The notes under the pieces were generated by a model. That model was not told where the DNA came from and ran no database searches. It saw only the letters and a program-made list of their open reading frames with translations. Made by a program: the position numbers and the translations under genes. From positions 1 through 63,660 of the forward strand of contig DATJHW010000097.1 in assembly GCA_035493615.1 (NCBI GenBank): DNA of 63,660 nt. Reading direction: 5' to 3'. Shown here one piece after another: positions 1-9,323 of the stretch (positions within the stretch are counted from its first letter, which is position 1; every line of letters begins with the position of its first letter). The DNA comes from Candidatus Saccharimonadales bacterium (GTDB lineage Bacteria; Chloroflexota; Limnocylindria; P2-11E).

Positions 1-945
1 GACGAGCATCAGGTGGTTGTCGGTGCCGCCCGACACGACGCGCAGCCCCGCGCTCGCGAGCGCCGCCGCGAGCGTGCGGGCGTTCGAGCGGATCTGCTTC
101 GCGTAGGTCTTGAACTCCGGCGTCGCCGCTTCCTTCAGCGCAACGGCCTTGCCGGCGATGACGTGCATGAGCGGGCCGCCCTGCGAGTACGGGAACACGG
201 CCTTGTCGACCGCCTTCGCGTACTCCTCCGTGCAGAGGATCATGCCGCCGCGCGGCCCGCGGAGGGTCTTGTGCGTCGTCGTCGTGACGATCTGCGCATG
301 GGGCACCGGGTTCGGGTGTTCCCCTGCCGCGACCAGACCCGCGAAGTGGGCCATGTCGACCATGAGGAGCGCGCCGGCGGCATCCGCGATCTTCCGGAGC
401 CGCGGGAAGTCGAAGAACCGCGGGTACGCGGTCGCGCCGGCGACGATGAGCTTGGGGTGGTGCTCCATCGCGAGGGTCTCGAGGGCCTCGTAGTCGATGG
501 TCTCATCGTCACGCTTCACCCCGTAGGGGACGAACTTGTACAGCTGGGCCGAGAAGTTCACCGGTGACCCGTGCGTGAGGTGGCCACCTTGGTCGAGGGC
601 CATGCCGAGCACCACGTCGCCGGGCTTGATCACCGCGGCATACGCGGCCATGTTCGCCTGGGCGCCCGCGTGCGGCTGCACGTTGGCATGCTGCGCGCCG
701 AACAGCGCCTTCGCGCGCTCGATCGCGAGCGACTCGGCGACATCGACCCACTCGCAGCCACCGTAGTAGCGGTGTCCGGGGTAGCCCTCGGCGTACTTGT
801 TGGTGAGGACGCTGCCGACCGCGTCCATGACCGCCTGGCTGGTGTAGTTCTCCGACGCGATGAGCTCGATCTTCTCGACCTGACGGCGGCGTTCGTTCTC
901 GATCGCCTGGTAGATCTCCGGGTCGACGCGCTCGATCTCGCTCAT
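1..945 (-). CDS. glyA: serine hydroxymethyltransferase (N-terminal ~314 codons; C-terminus outside window)
   Basis: Absent from the ORF track because it runs off the window edge. Minus-strand translation from ATG 945 gives [36 protein letters not shown]...[13 protein letters not shown]...[14 protein letters not shown] (SHMT PLP-lysine motif). ATGA overlap with the rpiB stop. Confidence 0.93.
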   Translation of the reverse strand, partial: MSEIERVDPEIYQAIENERRRQVEKIELIASENYTSQAVMDAVGSVLTNKYAEGYPGHRYYGGCEWVDVAESLAIERAKALFGAQHANVQPHAGAQANMAAYAAVIKPGDVVLGMALDQGGHLTHGSPVNFSAQLYKFVPYGVKRDDETIDYEALETLAMEHHPKLIVAGATAYPRFFDFPRLRKIADAAGALLMVDMAHFAGLVAAGEHPNPVPHAQIVTTTTHKTLRGPRGGMILCTEEYAKAVDKAVFPYSQGGPLMHVIAGKAVALKEAATPEFKTYAKQIRSNARTLAAALASAGLRVVSGGTDNHLMLV

Positions 946-1394
946 GCTCTTGTCCTCACCTTTTCCAGATCTTCGATCTGCTTGCGTCGCCGCTCGTGGC
1001 GATCGCCCTGGACCGTCGCCCCGAGGTACGCGTCCACGATCGACTTCGCCAGCTCGATGCCGATGACCCGCTCGCCGAGCGTCAGCAGGTTGACGTTCAC
1101 GTGCTCGACCGCATCGCGGGCCGACCATTCGTTGTCGACCACGGCGGCGCGCACGCCCGCGATCTTGTTCCCGGCGACCGACGGGCCGATCCCGGAGCCG
1201 CAGCAGAAGATGCCCCGCTCGTAGCGCCCGGCGGCGATCGCCCGCGCGATCGGCTCGACGATGAGCGGATAGTCGTCCTCGGGATCGTTCTCGGGCGAGA
1301 GGTCGTCGACCTGATGTCCCTTGAGGCGCAGATGATGCGCGAGCTGGTCGCGCAGATCCACGCCGGCGTGATCGGCCGCGATCGCGATCCTCAC
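942..1394 (-). CDS. rpiB: ribose-5-phosphate isomerase B (RpiB/LacA family)
   Basis: 150 aa. [11 protein letters not shown]...[15 protein letters not shown]...NLLTLGERV is typical RpiB. GTGA overlap with the upstream gene. Confidence 0.9.
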   Translation of the reverse strand: MRIAIAADHAGVDLRDQLAHHLRLKGHQVDDLSPENDPEDDYPLIVEPIARAIAAGRYERGIFCCGSGIGPSVAGNKIAGVRAAVVDNEWSARDAVEHVNVNLLTLGERVIGIELAKSIVDAYLGATVQGDRHERRRKQIEDLEKVRTRA

Positions 1395-1993
1395 GAGTAC
1401 GACTCGACGCCCAGCAGCGCTTCTTCGAGCTCACGCTTGGTGATCGCTCCCTCGCGCAGGACCGTGAGCGGCTCGCTCGTGCAGTCGACGATGGTCGAGC
1501 CCTTCCCCACCGGTGTCGTCCCGCCGTCGAGGATGATCGCGATGCGTCCGTCGAGCTGGGCGAGCACCTGCGCGGCGGTCGTGCACTCGGGCTTCCCCGA
1601 GCGGTTCGCGCTCGTCACGGGAAGTCCGCCACCGCCTGCGGCGATGATCCGTCGCGCGACGTCGTTGGCCGGCACGCGGAACGCGATCGTCCCGCGGCGC
1701 GGCGCGACGAGCACGATGGTCAGCGGCCCCGGCCAGAATCGCGCGGCGAGCGCTCGGGCGGCCGGCGTCACCATGGCGCTCGCCTCGAGATTCGCCGCGT
1801 CGGACAGCAGGATCGGGATGCGCTTGTCCTTCGGCCGGTCCTTCGCGACGTACAGCTTGCGGATGTGATCATGGCCGGCGGCGAGGCCGTACACGGTGTC
1901 GGTGGGAAATGCGACGAGCTCCCCGTTCGCGAGCGCGGTCGCGGCTTCTTCCACCGCCCCTGGCGCATCGGCCGGAATGAGGCGGGTCTTCAC
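1391..1993 (-). CDS. tsaC: L-threonylcarbamoyladenylate synthase (YrdC/YwlC/Sua5-domain protein)
   Basis: 200 aa. [27 protein letters not shown] and STIVD motifs of the YrdC/Sua5 domain. Conserved ywlC-rpiB-glyA gene order. Confidence 0.85.
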   Translation of the reverse strand: MKTRLIPADAPGAVEEAATALANGELVAFPTDTVYGLAAGHDHIRKLYVAKDRPKDKRIPILLSDAANLEASAMVTPAARALAARFWPGPLTIVLVAPRRGTIAFRVPANDVARRIIAAGGGGLPVTSANRSGKPECTTAAQVLAQLDGRIAIILDGGTTPVGKGSTIVDCTSEPLTVLREGAITKRELEEALLGVESYS

Positions 1994-2003
1994 AGGGGCA
2001 ATC

Positions 2004-2387
2004 CTAACGACGAGCAGGATGCCGAGCGGCCCGCGCGTCCAGGGCTTTCACGAGCGTCTTCGGGGCGATCGCGCGGTAGCTCTCGTCGATCCAATCCGTC
2101 AATTCAGCGAGCAGCGCCGCGGAGACGGTCTTCGTCTGCAGCGAGACCCAGCCGGCCTTCCCGAGGCCATACGGCGTCGGTCGCGTTCCCTTCCTGGTGA
2201 GGGCAAGCTCGTGCGTCGCGGGAAGCTTGACCGACATGCCGAAGCCGTCCTTGCCCGCACCAAGGAATACGAAGATCTTTCCGCGCACCTTGATCGTGCG
2301 ATCACCCCACGGGAACTCTTCCGTCGCTTCCGGGTACGTGAGCGCGTGCTTGCGCAGCGCCGCGAGCGTCACTTTCGGCGTCGTCAT
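2004..2387 (-). CDS. MmcQ/YjbR family DNA-binding protein
   Basis: 127 aa. YPEATEEFPWG..IKVRGKIFVFLG...PYGLGKAGWVSL pattern of the MmcQ/YjbR family. ATGA overlap with the prmC stop. Confidence 0.75.
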   Translation of the reverse strand: MTTPKVTLAALRKHALTYPEATEEFPWGDRTIKVRGKIFVFLGAGKDGFGMSVKLPATHELALTRKGTRPTPYGLGKAGWVSLQTKTVSAALLAELTDWIDESYRAIAPKTLVKALDARAARHPARR

Positions 2388-3217
2388 CGCCGCAACCGAA
2401 CGACGCGATCAAGGCCGGCGAGGTCCTTCAGCACGTCGACGGTGCCAAGCGGCGCAAGGAGCGCGGCGATGGGCGCCGATTGCGGCGGGTCGCATTCGAA
2501 GAACGCCGCGCCCGTCCGCGCGAGCACGCGGGGCAGGTCGGCGATCGCACGCCGGACGAGTACCAGCCCGTCGGGTCCGGCAACGGTCGCGACGCGTGGC
2601 TCGAAGGCGAGTGACGTACGTTCGCCGGCAAGCTGCTCGAGGTCATCGTCGCGGAGGTACGGAAGGTTCGCGGCGACGACGTCGACCTGCTCCGTGACCG
2701 GTGCGAGGAGGTCGCCCTGCCGGAAGTCGATGCGCACGCCGTGCGCGATCGCGTTCGCGCGCGCGACGACCAGCGCCTGTGCGGAGACGTCGGTCGCGAT
2801 GACCCGCAGGCCCGGCGCGGTCACGGCGAGGGCGACCGCGATCGCGCCGGAGCCGGTGCCGACATCGACGACGACCAGGTCGCGATCGGCGGCGTACGAG
2901 CGGACGGCATCGACCAGTGCCTCCGTCTCCGGCCGCGGGACGAGGACCCGCGGGTCGACGGCGAAGCGCAGGCCGTAGAACTCCTTGAAGCCGCGCAGGT
3001 ACGCCACCGGCACGCCCTCGGCGCGCTTCGCGACCAGCGCGTCGAATCGCGATCGTTCGTCGCCGCTGAGCGCGACGTCAGGGTGCGCGACGAGCGTCTC
3101 CTTCGGCACGCCAAGCGCGTGCGCGAGGAGGACATCCGCGTCGAGGGCGGGCGTTGGCGCGCCTGCGCGCCGCAGCGTCTCGGCCGCCTGTCCACGGGCC
3201 TCGCCGCGAGTGGGCAT
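2384..3217 (-). CDS. prmC: peptide chain release factor N5-glutamine methyltransferase (HemK/PrmC)
   Basis: ORF 2384..3328 trimmed to the internal ATG at 3217. SAM motif VVDVGTGSGAIAV. The substrate motif reads VAANLPYL, a variant of NPPY. HemK-type N-terminal helical region. Confidence 0.85.
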   Translation of the reverse strand: MPTRGEARGQAAETLRRAGAPTPALDADVLLAHALGVPKETLVAHPDVALSGDERSRFDALVAKRAEGVPVAYLRGFKEFYGLRFAVDPRVLVPRPETEALVDAVRSYAADRDLVVVDVGTGSGAIAVALAVTAPGLRVIATDVSAQALVVARANAIAHGVRIDFRQGDLLAPVTEQVDVVAANLPYLRDDDLEQLAGERTSLAFEPRVATVAGPDGLVLVRRAIADLPRVLARTGAAFFECDPPQSAPIAALLAPLGTVDVLKDLAGLDRVVRLRR

Positions 3218-3237
3218 GTTGGAAGTATCGTCGCGCG

Positions 3238-4212
3238 GTGCTGAGCATCCGGGACGTCGAAGCCGCCCGGCTCGTCGTCGATCGCTACCTCCCCCGCGCG
3301 CCGATCGAACGCTCTCCGTACCTGTCACAGCTGCTCGGCGCGGAGATCCTGCTCAAGATCGAGACGTTCAAGCCGACCCGGACCTTCAAGGTGCGGGGCG
3401 CGCTGAACAAGATCGCGTCGTTGGACGACGAGCATCGCGCCCGCGGGGTCGTCGCGGCGTCGGCGGGCAGCCACGCCCAGGGGGTCTCGTACGCCGCGTA
3501 CCGCCTCGGTGCGCCGGCGACCGTGGTCATGCCGCGCGGGGTGTCCGAAACGATCGTCGGGGTGTGCCGCGCCTACGGCGCCGAGGTCCTCCTCGAAGGC
3601 GACCTGTACGACGACACGCTGGCGCTCGCGCATCGCATCGAGCGCGAGCAGGGGAAGACACTCGTCCATCCGTACGCGGACCCGCTCATCATCGCTGGTC
3701 AGGGAACGGTCGGGCTCGAGATCCTCGACGACGTGCCCGACGTCGGACTGGTCGTCGTCCCGGTCGGGGGCGGCGGGCTGATCGGCGGGATCTCGCTGGC
3801 CGTGAAGGAACGACGGCCCGACGTCCGGATCATCGGGGTCGAGCCCGAGGGCGCCGACGCGGTCCGGCGGTCGCGCGAGGCCGGCCATCCGGTGGTCGTC
3901 GAGCACCCGCACAGCGTGGCCGACAAGCTGGTCGCGAAGGGTACCGAGCAGCTGAACGTGGACCTCGCGCGCGCGTACGTCGACGAGGTCGTGACGGTCA
4001 CCGACGACGCCCTCGAGGCCGCGACCTACGACTACCTCGAACGCCTCTCGCTCCTGGTCGAGCCTTCCGGCGCCGCGACGCTGGCGGCACTGCGGTCCGG
4101 GGCCGTCCGCGCCCGCGGCAAGACCGTGCTCGTCGTGAGCGGCGGGAACGCCGACCTCCGCGTGCTCGCGCGGATCCTGGCCGAGCGCGGCGCGAAAGTC
4201 TCCGTGGCGTGA
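3238..4212 (+). CDS. PLP-dependent threonine/serine ammonia-lyase (short type, no ACT domain)
   Basis: ORF 3154..4212 trimmed to GTG 3238. TFKVRGA (PLP lysine), SAGSHAQGVS, GGGGLIGG glycine loop. About 324 aa. Confidence 0.8.
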   Translation: MLSIRDVEAARLVVDRYLPRAPIERSPYLSQLLGAEILLKIETFKPTRTFKVRGALNKIASLDDEHRARGVVAASAGSHAQGVSYAAYRLGAPATVVMPRGVSETIVGVCRAYGAEVLLEGDLYDDTLALAHRIEREQGKTLVHPYADPLIIAGQGTVGLEILDDVPDVGLVVVPVGGGGLIGGISLAVKERRPDVRIIGVEPEGADAVRRSREAGHPVVVEHPHSVADKLVAKGTEQLNVDLARAYVDEVVTVTDDALEAATYDYLERLSLLVEPSGAATLAALRSGAVRARGKTVLVVSGGNADLRVLARILAERGAKVSVA

Positions 4213-4625
4213 CGGCCGCGCATCTCGGGCTGCGGATCGAGACGTCGAAGAAGACCGAGACCATCGACATCACCGAGCGGGTCGCGGAGAAGGTGAAGGC
4301 CGCCAAGATCGGCGACGGGATCTGCGTGGTCACCCTCGCGCACACGACGGCCGGGATCTTCCTGAACGAGAACGCCGATCCGGACGTCCAGCGGGACCTG
4401 CTGGCGACGCTGGCGCGGCTCGTTCCCGACGCCGGCGATTACCGCCATGCGGAGGGCAACGGCCCCGCGCACATCAAGTCCGTGCTCGTCGGCGGCGACA
4501 TCACCGTCGCGGTCAAGAACGGCGATCTCGCGCTCGGCCGGTGGCAGGGCATCTACTTCGCGGAGTTCGACGGACCGCGGACGCGGAGCGCGACGGTCAC
4601 GATCATCGGCGAGCCCGCGGGCTAA
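4209..4625 (+). CDS. YjbQ/UPF0047 family protein (secondary thiamine-phosphate synthase-like)
   Basis: Last 138 codons of the composite ORF 2985..4625. GTG 4209 forms a GTGA overlap with the upstream stop. HTTAGIFLNENADP...HIKSVLVG...GRWQGIYFAEFDGPR signature. Confidence 0.85.
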   Translation: MTAAHLGLRIETSKKTETIDITERVAEKVKAAKIGDGICVVTLAHTTAGIFLNENADPDVQRDLLATLARLVPDAGDYRHAEGNGPAHIKSVLVGGDITVAVKNGDLALGRWQGIYFAEFDGPRTRSATVTIIGEPAG

Positions 4626-4682
4626 ACTGCGGTCCCTCGAGGGGAGGAGCGAGCCATCAGTACCGTCACGCTACCTCGCACC

Positions 4683-6083
4683 ATGACCGTCACCGAGAAG
4701 GACGCCGCTCGCGCGCTCCGGACCGCGCTGTCGCGCGGCGGCGACTGGGCCGAGCTGTTCTGGGAGCGCAGCAACGTCGTGACGCTCACGCTCGACGACC
4801 ACAAGCTCGAAGACGCGATCACCGGGGTCGACCAGGGTGCGGGCATCCGCGTCACCGCCGGCGACCGCGGCGTCTACGCGAACGGCAATGTGAACGACGG
4901 CGACGATCTGCTGGCCATCGCCGGCCGCGCCGCGGCAGCGATCGCCGACGACGACGGCGGCATGCGGGAGATCACCGCGATCTCGGCCGACGTGCTCCCC
5001 CGCCCGTCGGTCGTGCGTATCGATCCCCGCACGGTCCCGATCGAGCGGAAGGTCGAGCTCATGAAGCTCGCGAACGAGCGGGCGCGGGCGGCCGACCCGC
5101 GGGTCCACCAGGTGACGGTGCTGTACCGCGAGAGCGTGCAGGACGTCGTGGTCGCGAATAGCGAGGGCCGCTTCCGCACGGACTCGCGCACGCGCCTGGT
5201 CTTCGGCGTGCTCGTCACCGCGAAGCAGGGCGACGTGCTCGAGTCGGGCTACAAAGCGAAGGCCGGCACCGAGGGTTTCGAGATGCTCACGGAGGAGGCG
5301 GTCCTCGAGACGACCGACACGGCCGCGCGCCTGGCGGTGCAGAACGTCCAGGCCGAGCCCGCGCCGGCCGGCACGTACACCGTCGTGCTCGCGAGCGACG
5401 CGGGCGGCACCCTCATCCACGAATCGGTGGGCCACGGCCTCGAGGCCGACCTCAACTTGAAGGGCATGTCCGTCTATTCGGGCCGGCTCGGGCAGAAGGT
5501 CGCGAGCGAGCTGATCACGGTCGTCGACGACGGCACCGATCCCGGCAAGCGCGGCACCCAGGCGATGGACGACGAAGGAACCCAGACGCACCGGACCGTG
5601 TTGATCGAGAACGGCATCCTGAAGACGTATCTGAGCGACAAGAAGCATGCGCGGAAACTCGGGATCGCCGAGAGCGGGAATGGCCGTCGCGAATCATTCC
5701 GGCACCTGCCGATCTGCCGGATGACGACGACGATGATCGCGCGCGGCACGTCGGATCCCGCCGCCATCCTCGCGTCGGTGCCCGACGGCATCTTCGTGAA
5801 GGGCATGGGCGGCGGGCAGGTCGACGTGGTGAGCGGCAACTTCGCGTTCGAGATCACCGAGTGCTACCGCATCCGCGATGGAAAGCTGGCTGAGCCGTTG
5901 CGCGGCGCGACGCTGGTCGGCCAGGGACCCAAGCTGATGAGCGAGATCGACATGGTCGGGTCCGACCTCGGCTATTCCGTCGGCACATGCGGCAAGGACG
6001 GCCAGGGCGCGCCGGTCGCGGACGCGCAGCCCACGCTCCGCATCCCGAGCGTCGTCGTGGGCGGCAAGGTGAGAGCGGCGTGA
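4683..6083 (+). CDS. tldD: TldD metalloprotease (peptidase U62)
   Basis: 466 aa. HESVGHGLEAD metal-binding motif and a U62 C-terminal region. Translationally coupled (GTGA) to pmbA. Confidence 0.9.
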   Translation: MTVTEKDAARALRTALSRGGDWAELFWERSNVVTLTLDDHKLEDAITGVDQGAGIRVTAGDRGVYANGNVNDGDDLLAIAGRAAAAIADDDGGMREITAISADVLPRPSVVRIDPRTVPIERKVELMKLANERARAADPRVHQVTVLYRESVQDVVVANSEGRFRTDSRTRLVFGVLVTAKQGDVLESGYKAKAGTEGFEMLTEEAVLETTDTAARLAVQNVQAEPAPAGTYTVVLASDAGGTLIHESVGHGLEADLNLKGMSVYSGRLGQKVASELITVVDDGTDPGKRGTQAMDDEGTQTHRTVLIENGILKTYLSDKKHARKLGIAESGNGRRESFRHLPICRMTTTMIARGTSDPAAILASVPDGIFVKGMGGGQVDVVSGNFAFEITECYRIRDGKLAEPLRGATLVGQGPKLMSEIDMVGSDLGYSVGTCGKDGQGAPVADAQPTLRIPSVVVGGKVRAA

Positions 6084-7432
6084 GCGAGAAGCTGGCGAAC
6101 GACGCGGTCGTCGATCGCGCGATCGCGTCGATCAAGGGGCTGCGCGTCGATGGCGGCGAGGTGTTCCTGCGCGACGGACAGTCGACGACGATCGAGGTCC
6201 GCGACGGCGAGATCGAGAACGCGATCACCCGCGGCGAACGCGGCATCGGTGTCCGTGTCCTGCGCGGCGGCCACGTCGGGTTCGCGTATTCGAGCGACCT
6301 CTCGCCCGCGGGGATCGATGAATGCGTGGACGCCGCGCGCGACATCGCCGCGGTGACCGAGCCAGACCCGGACGTCTCGATCGCGACGAAGCAGATCGAG
6401 AGCCCGGACCTCCAGCTGTACGAGGACGGTATCGATCGCCGCACCGTGACCGAGCGCACGAACGTCGCGCTCGCCGTCGAGCGCGCAGCCAGGAACGCGG
6501 ACCCCCGGATCAGCGGCTTCCGCAAGACGACGTACGGCGACGGGTCGATGACGACGATCGTGGCGACGACGGCCGGTGTCCGGGGTGCGTACCGCGAGAC
6601 GTACTTCAGCGTGGGTACCTCGGCGGTCGCGACGGCAGGCGACGAGCGCCAGATCGGCTATCACGGCGAGGCCAAGCGCCAGTTCGGCAAAGTGGACCCC
6701 GAGGCCGTCGGCCGCCGGTCGGCGGAGCTCGCGGTCGGTAAGCTCGGCGCGCGGCCGTTCAAGACCCAAGCCCTGCCGATCGTGCTCGACCCGTACATGG
6801 GCATGGCCCTGCTCGGCGCGCTCGTCCCCCTGTTCTCCGCCGATTCGGTGATAAAAGGAAAGAGCCTGTTCGCCGGAAAGGTCGATCAGCGGGTCGCCAG
6901 CGAGCACGTGACCATCGTCGACGACGCGCGCACGCCGGGCGCCCTCCGCACGGCGCCGTTCGACGGCGAGGGTGTGGCCACGACGACGCGCACGCTCGTG
7001 GACCAGGGCGTCCTGGCCGGTTATCTCTCGTCGCTGAAGACCGCGAAGAAGATGGAGCAGGCGCCGACCGGCAACGCGCGCCGCGGCTCGTACGCGACGC
7101 CGAGCCGGATCGGCGCGGCGAACTTCCACCTGTCGCCCGGTGCCACGGCGCCGGAGGCGCTGGTCAATGGCCTCGAGCGTTCGCTGCGGATCACGTCGCT
7201 GCTCAACCTGCATACGATCGATCCGATCTCCGGGGAGTTCTCGCTCGGCGCGACCGGCGACTACCTCGAGAAGGGCGAACGCCAGTATCCGGTGCAGGGC
7301 ATCACGATCGCCGGCAATCTCACGACGCTGCTGGCGTCGATCGCCGGCGTCGCCAACGATCTGGTGTTCGGCTCATCCGGACTCGGGAGCCCCACCTTCG
7401 TGATCGCCGAGCTGTCCATCGGAGGGGTCTGA
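6080..7432 (+). CDS. pmbA: PmbA/TldE (peptidase U62 partner subunit)
   Basis: ORF 5987..7432 trimmed to GTG 6080 (VSEKLANDAVVDRAI...). U62-family paralog without the HExxxH motif. Ends ...GSPTFVIAELSIGG. Confidence 0.85.
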   Translation: MSEKLANDAVVDRAIASIKGLRVDGGEVFLRDGQSTTIEVRDGEIENAITRGERGIGVRVLRGGHVGFAYSSDLSPAGIDECVDAARDIAAVTEPDPDVSIATKQIESPDLQLYEDGIDRRTVTERTNVALAVERAARNADPRISGFRKTTYGDGSMTTIVATTAGVRGAYRETYFSVGTSAVATAGDERQIGYHGEAKRQFGKVDPEAVGRRSAELAVGKLGARPFKTQALPIVLDPYMGMALLGALVPLFSADSVIKGKSLFAGKVDQRVASEHVTIVDDARTPGALRTAPFDGEGVATTTRTLVDQGVLAGYLSSLKTAKKMEQAPTGNARRGSYATPSRIGAANFHLSPGATAPEALVNGLERSLRITSLLNLHTIDPISGEFSLGATGDYLEKGERQYPVQGITIAGNLTTLLASIAGVANDLVFGSSGLGSPTFVIAELSIGGV

Positions 7433-7436
7433 CCTC

Positions 7437-8381
7437 GTGCCCTGGCGCGCGCTGCTCCGCGGGGATCCGGTCCCATGGCTGCTCGAGCGGAGCGACCCGG
7501 CGGTCCGCGCGAACACGCTGCGCTCGCTGCTCGAACGTGGAGCGCGCGATCCCGAGCTTCGCGAGGCCCAGTCCCGGGCGATGAGCGCACCGCCGATCTC
7601 GACGGTCTTGAAGCGACAGGGCACCGACGGACGCTGGCCCGGCCCGTCGATGTACACCCCGAAGTACCTCTCGTCGCACTGGCAGAACCTGCTGCTGGTC
7701 GAGTACGGCGCCGACCCGGGCGACCCGCGGGTCCGGCGTGGTGCGCGGAAGATCCTCGAGGACGTCGCGACCCGGCCGAACGGGATGGAGTGGGTCCTCG
7801 GCCAGGATCACGGCCTGTCCTGTTTCACCGGCAACGTCGTGCGGTACGTCGCGCTCGCGGGCTACGGTAGCGACGCGCGGCTCGAGCCGCTCGTCGAGCG
7901 ACTGGTGCGCGACTCGAAGAAGTTCGACGCGGCGTGCGGGATCAACGACGAGAACCCCTGCGCCTGGGGGTACGCGCGGCTGGTCTGGGGGCTGGCGGCG
8001 CTGCCCGAATCGGCTCGCACGCGCGAGGTCGAGCGCACGATCCGGCGCGGCGTCGAGTTCCTGTTCAGCTATCACATGGAGCGGGGCGCGTACCCGGCGC
8101 CGTACGGCGACAGTCATCTCTGGCGCCAGCTGTCGTTCCCGCTCTTCTACCAGGCCGACGTCCTGTTCGTGCTTCGTGCGATCGACGCCGCCGGCCAGAT
8201 CGACGACCCGCGAGCCCAGCCGGCGCTCGCGTGGCTCCTCGCGCGGCAGGACGCGCGCGGCCGATGGGGCGGCCGGGCGCCGTACGCCGACCGGATGCCC
8301 TCGCGAGTGGATGCGAGCAAGTGGGTCACGCTGCAGGCCGTGACGATCCTGAAGCACGCGTTCGGCGAGGCCGCGGCCTGA
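7437..8381 (+). CDS. prenyltransferase/squalene-cyclase-repeat (alpha/alpha-toroid-like) protein, function unknown
   Basis: 314 aa. Two QW-like motifs (KRQGTDGRWPG, ARQDARGRWGG). Starts 5 nt after the pmbA stop, so likely the same operon. Confidence 0.7.
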   Translation: MPWRALLRGDPVPWLLERSDPAVRANTLRSLLERGARDPELREAQSRAMSAPPISTVLKRQGTDGRWPGPSMYTPKYLSSHWQNLLLVEYGADPGDPRVRRGARKILEDVATRPNGMEWVLGQDHGLSCFTGNVVRYVALAGYGSDARLEPLVERLVRDSKKFDAACGINDENPCAWGYARLVWGLAALPESARTREVERTIRRGVEFLFSYHMERGAYPAPYGDSHLWRQLSFPLFYQADVLFVLRAIDAAGQIDDPRAQPALAWLLARQDARGRWGGRAPYADRMPSRVDASKWVTLQAVTILKHAFGEAAA

Positions 8382-9319
8382 CGAAGCTGCTCAAGGAGAT
8401 CCCTCCGCTCCACTTCGGTGCGGGACGGGAGTGCAGCTTTCCAGCGGCCCTGGCCGTGGCCACGAAGACCGAATACGACTGGCTCATGGGCGCGTCGGGC
8501 GCGGCCTTCGACGTGACCATCGACCTCGACACCTTCGACCCGCTGGCGGCGACGCCGCGCGATCCCGAGACGATGGCCCTCGCGGCCCGTGCGGCGGCGG
8601 TGCGGCTGGACGACGTGCCGCCGCCCTACGACGACGACCTCCGCGATCTGGTCGGGTCGCGCATCCGCGAGGCGGTCGACGAGAAGCTGCCCCCGCTCAT
8701 CCGCGGCGCCGTCGGGCCGCCGGAGTACGGGCTCATCGTGGGCTACGTCGACGGCGATCGCTACCTGGTGCGCACGTTCTTCGACAAGGGCGACAAGCCG
8801 AGCGAGATCGGGTGGCCGGACTTCATCGACGCGGACCACGGCGGTCCGGTCTTCCTCGACCGAGCGCCCGAAGTCGAGCGGGCCGCGGTCGCGAAGGGAG
8901 GGCTCGACGCGGGGATCGCGAGCGCCGCCGCGTCGGAGTCCGCGATCGCGGGCTGGGCCACGGCGCTGCGGGACGACACGCGCTGGACCGACACGAAGCA
9001 CGCGGGCACGGCGGCGTTCTCCGAGCACGCGATGCGCGTCGTGCTCACCGACAAGCGACGGGCCGCGGCCCGATTCCTCCGCGGCCTGCGGTCGCTCTTC
9101 GCCACGCCCGGCGGGGACCTCCTGCGCGCTGCCGAGTCGTACGGCTACGTCGTCGATGCGCTGGAGAAGCTCGGGACGAAGGCCTTCGACGCGTCGGTCG
9201 CGATGCGGTTCATGGATCCCGGCCACCGCCGCGGGATCGCGAAGGCGCTGGAGACCGTCCTCGGCCACGAGCGGGAGGCCCACGACGCGCTCCGGGCCGC
9301 CCGTGCGACCATCCGGTGA
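8378..9319 (+). CDS. hypothetical protein (weak BtrH-N/papain-like Cys-fold resemblance)
   Basis: C-terminal part of ORF 7934..9319. The protein-like sequence begins LTKLLKEIPPLHFGAGRECSFPAAL. Start is uncertain: CTG 8378 (CTGA overlap with the upstream stop), GTG 8321 (57-nt overlap with Arg-rich filler), GTG 8456 or ATG 8486. The last two would remove the Cys motif. Confidence 0.6.
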   Translation: MTKLLKEIPPLHFGAGRECSFPAALAVATKTEYDWLMGASGAAFDVTIDLDTFDPLAATPRDPETMALAARAAAVRLDDVPPPYDDDLRDLVGSRIREAVDEKLPPLIRGAVGPPEYGLIVGYVDGDRYLVRTFFDKGDKPSEIGWPDFIDADHGGPVFLDRAPEVERAAVAKGGLDAGIASAAASESAIAGWATALRDDTRWTDTKHAGTAAFSEHAMRVVLTDKRRAAARFLRGLRSLFATPGGDLLRAAESYGYVVDALEKLGTKAFDASVAMRFMDPGHRRGIAKALETVLGHEREAHDALRAARATIR

Positions 9320-9323
9320 GTAC

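Noticed and set aside
4634-4643. CCCTCGAGGG palindrome between yjbQ and tldD as a terminator or operator
   Set aside because: It is only 10 bp with no loop and no T-tract, and it overlaps the likely tldD RBS region (GGAGGAG). This is insufficient to call.
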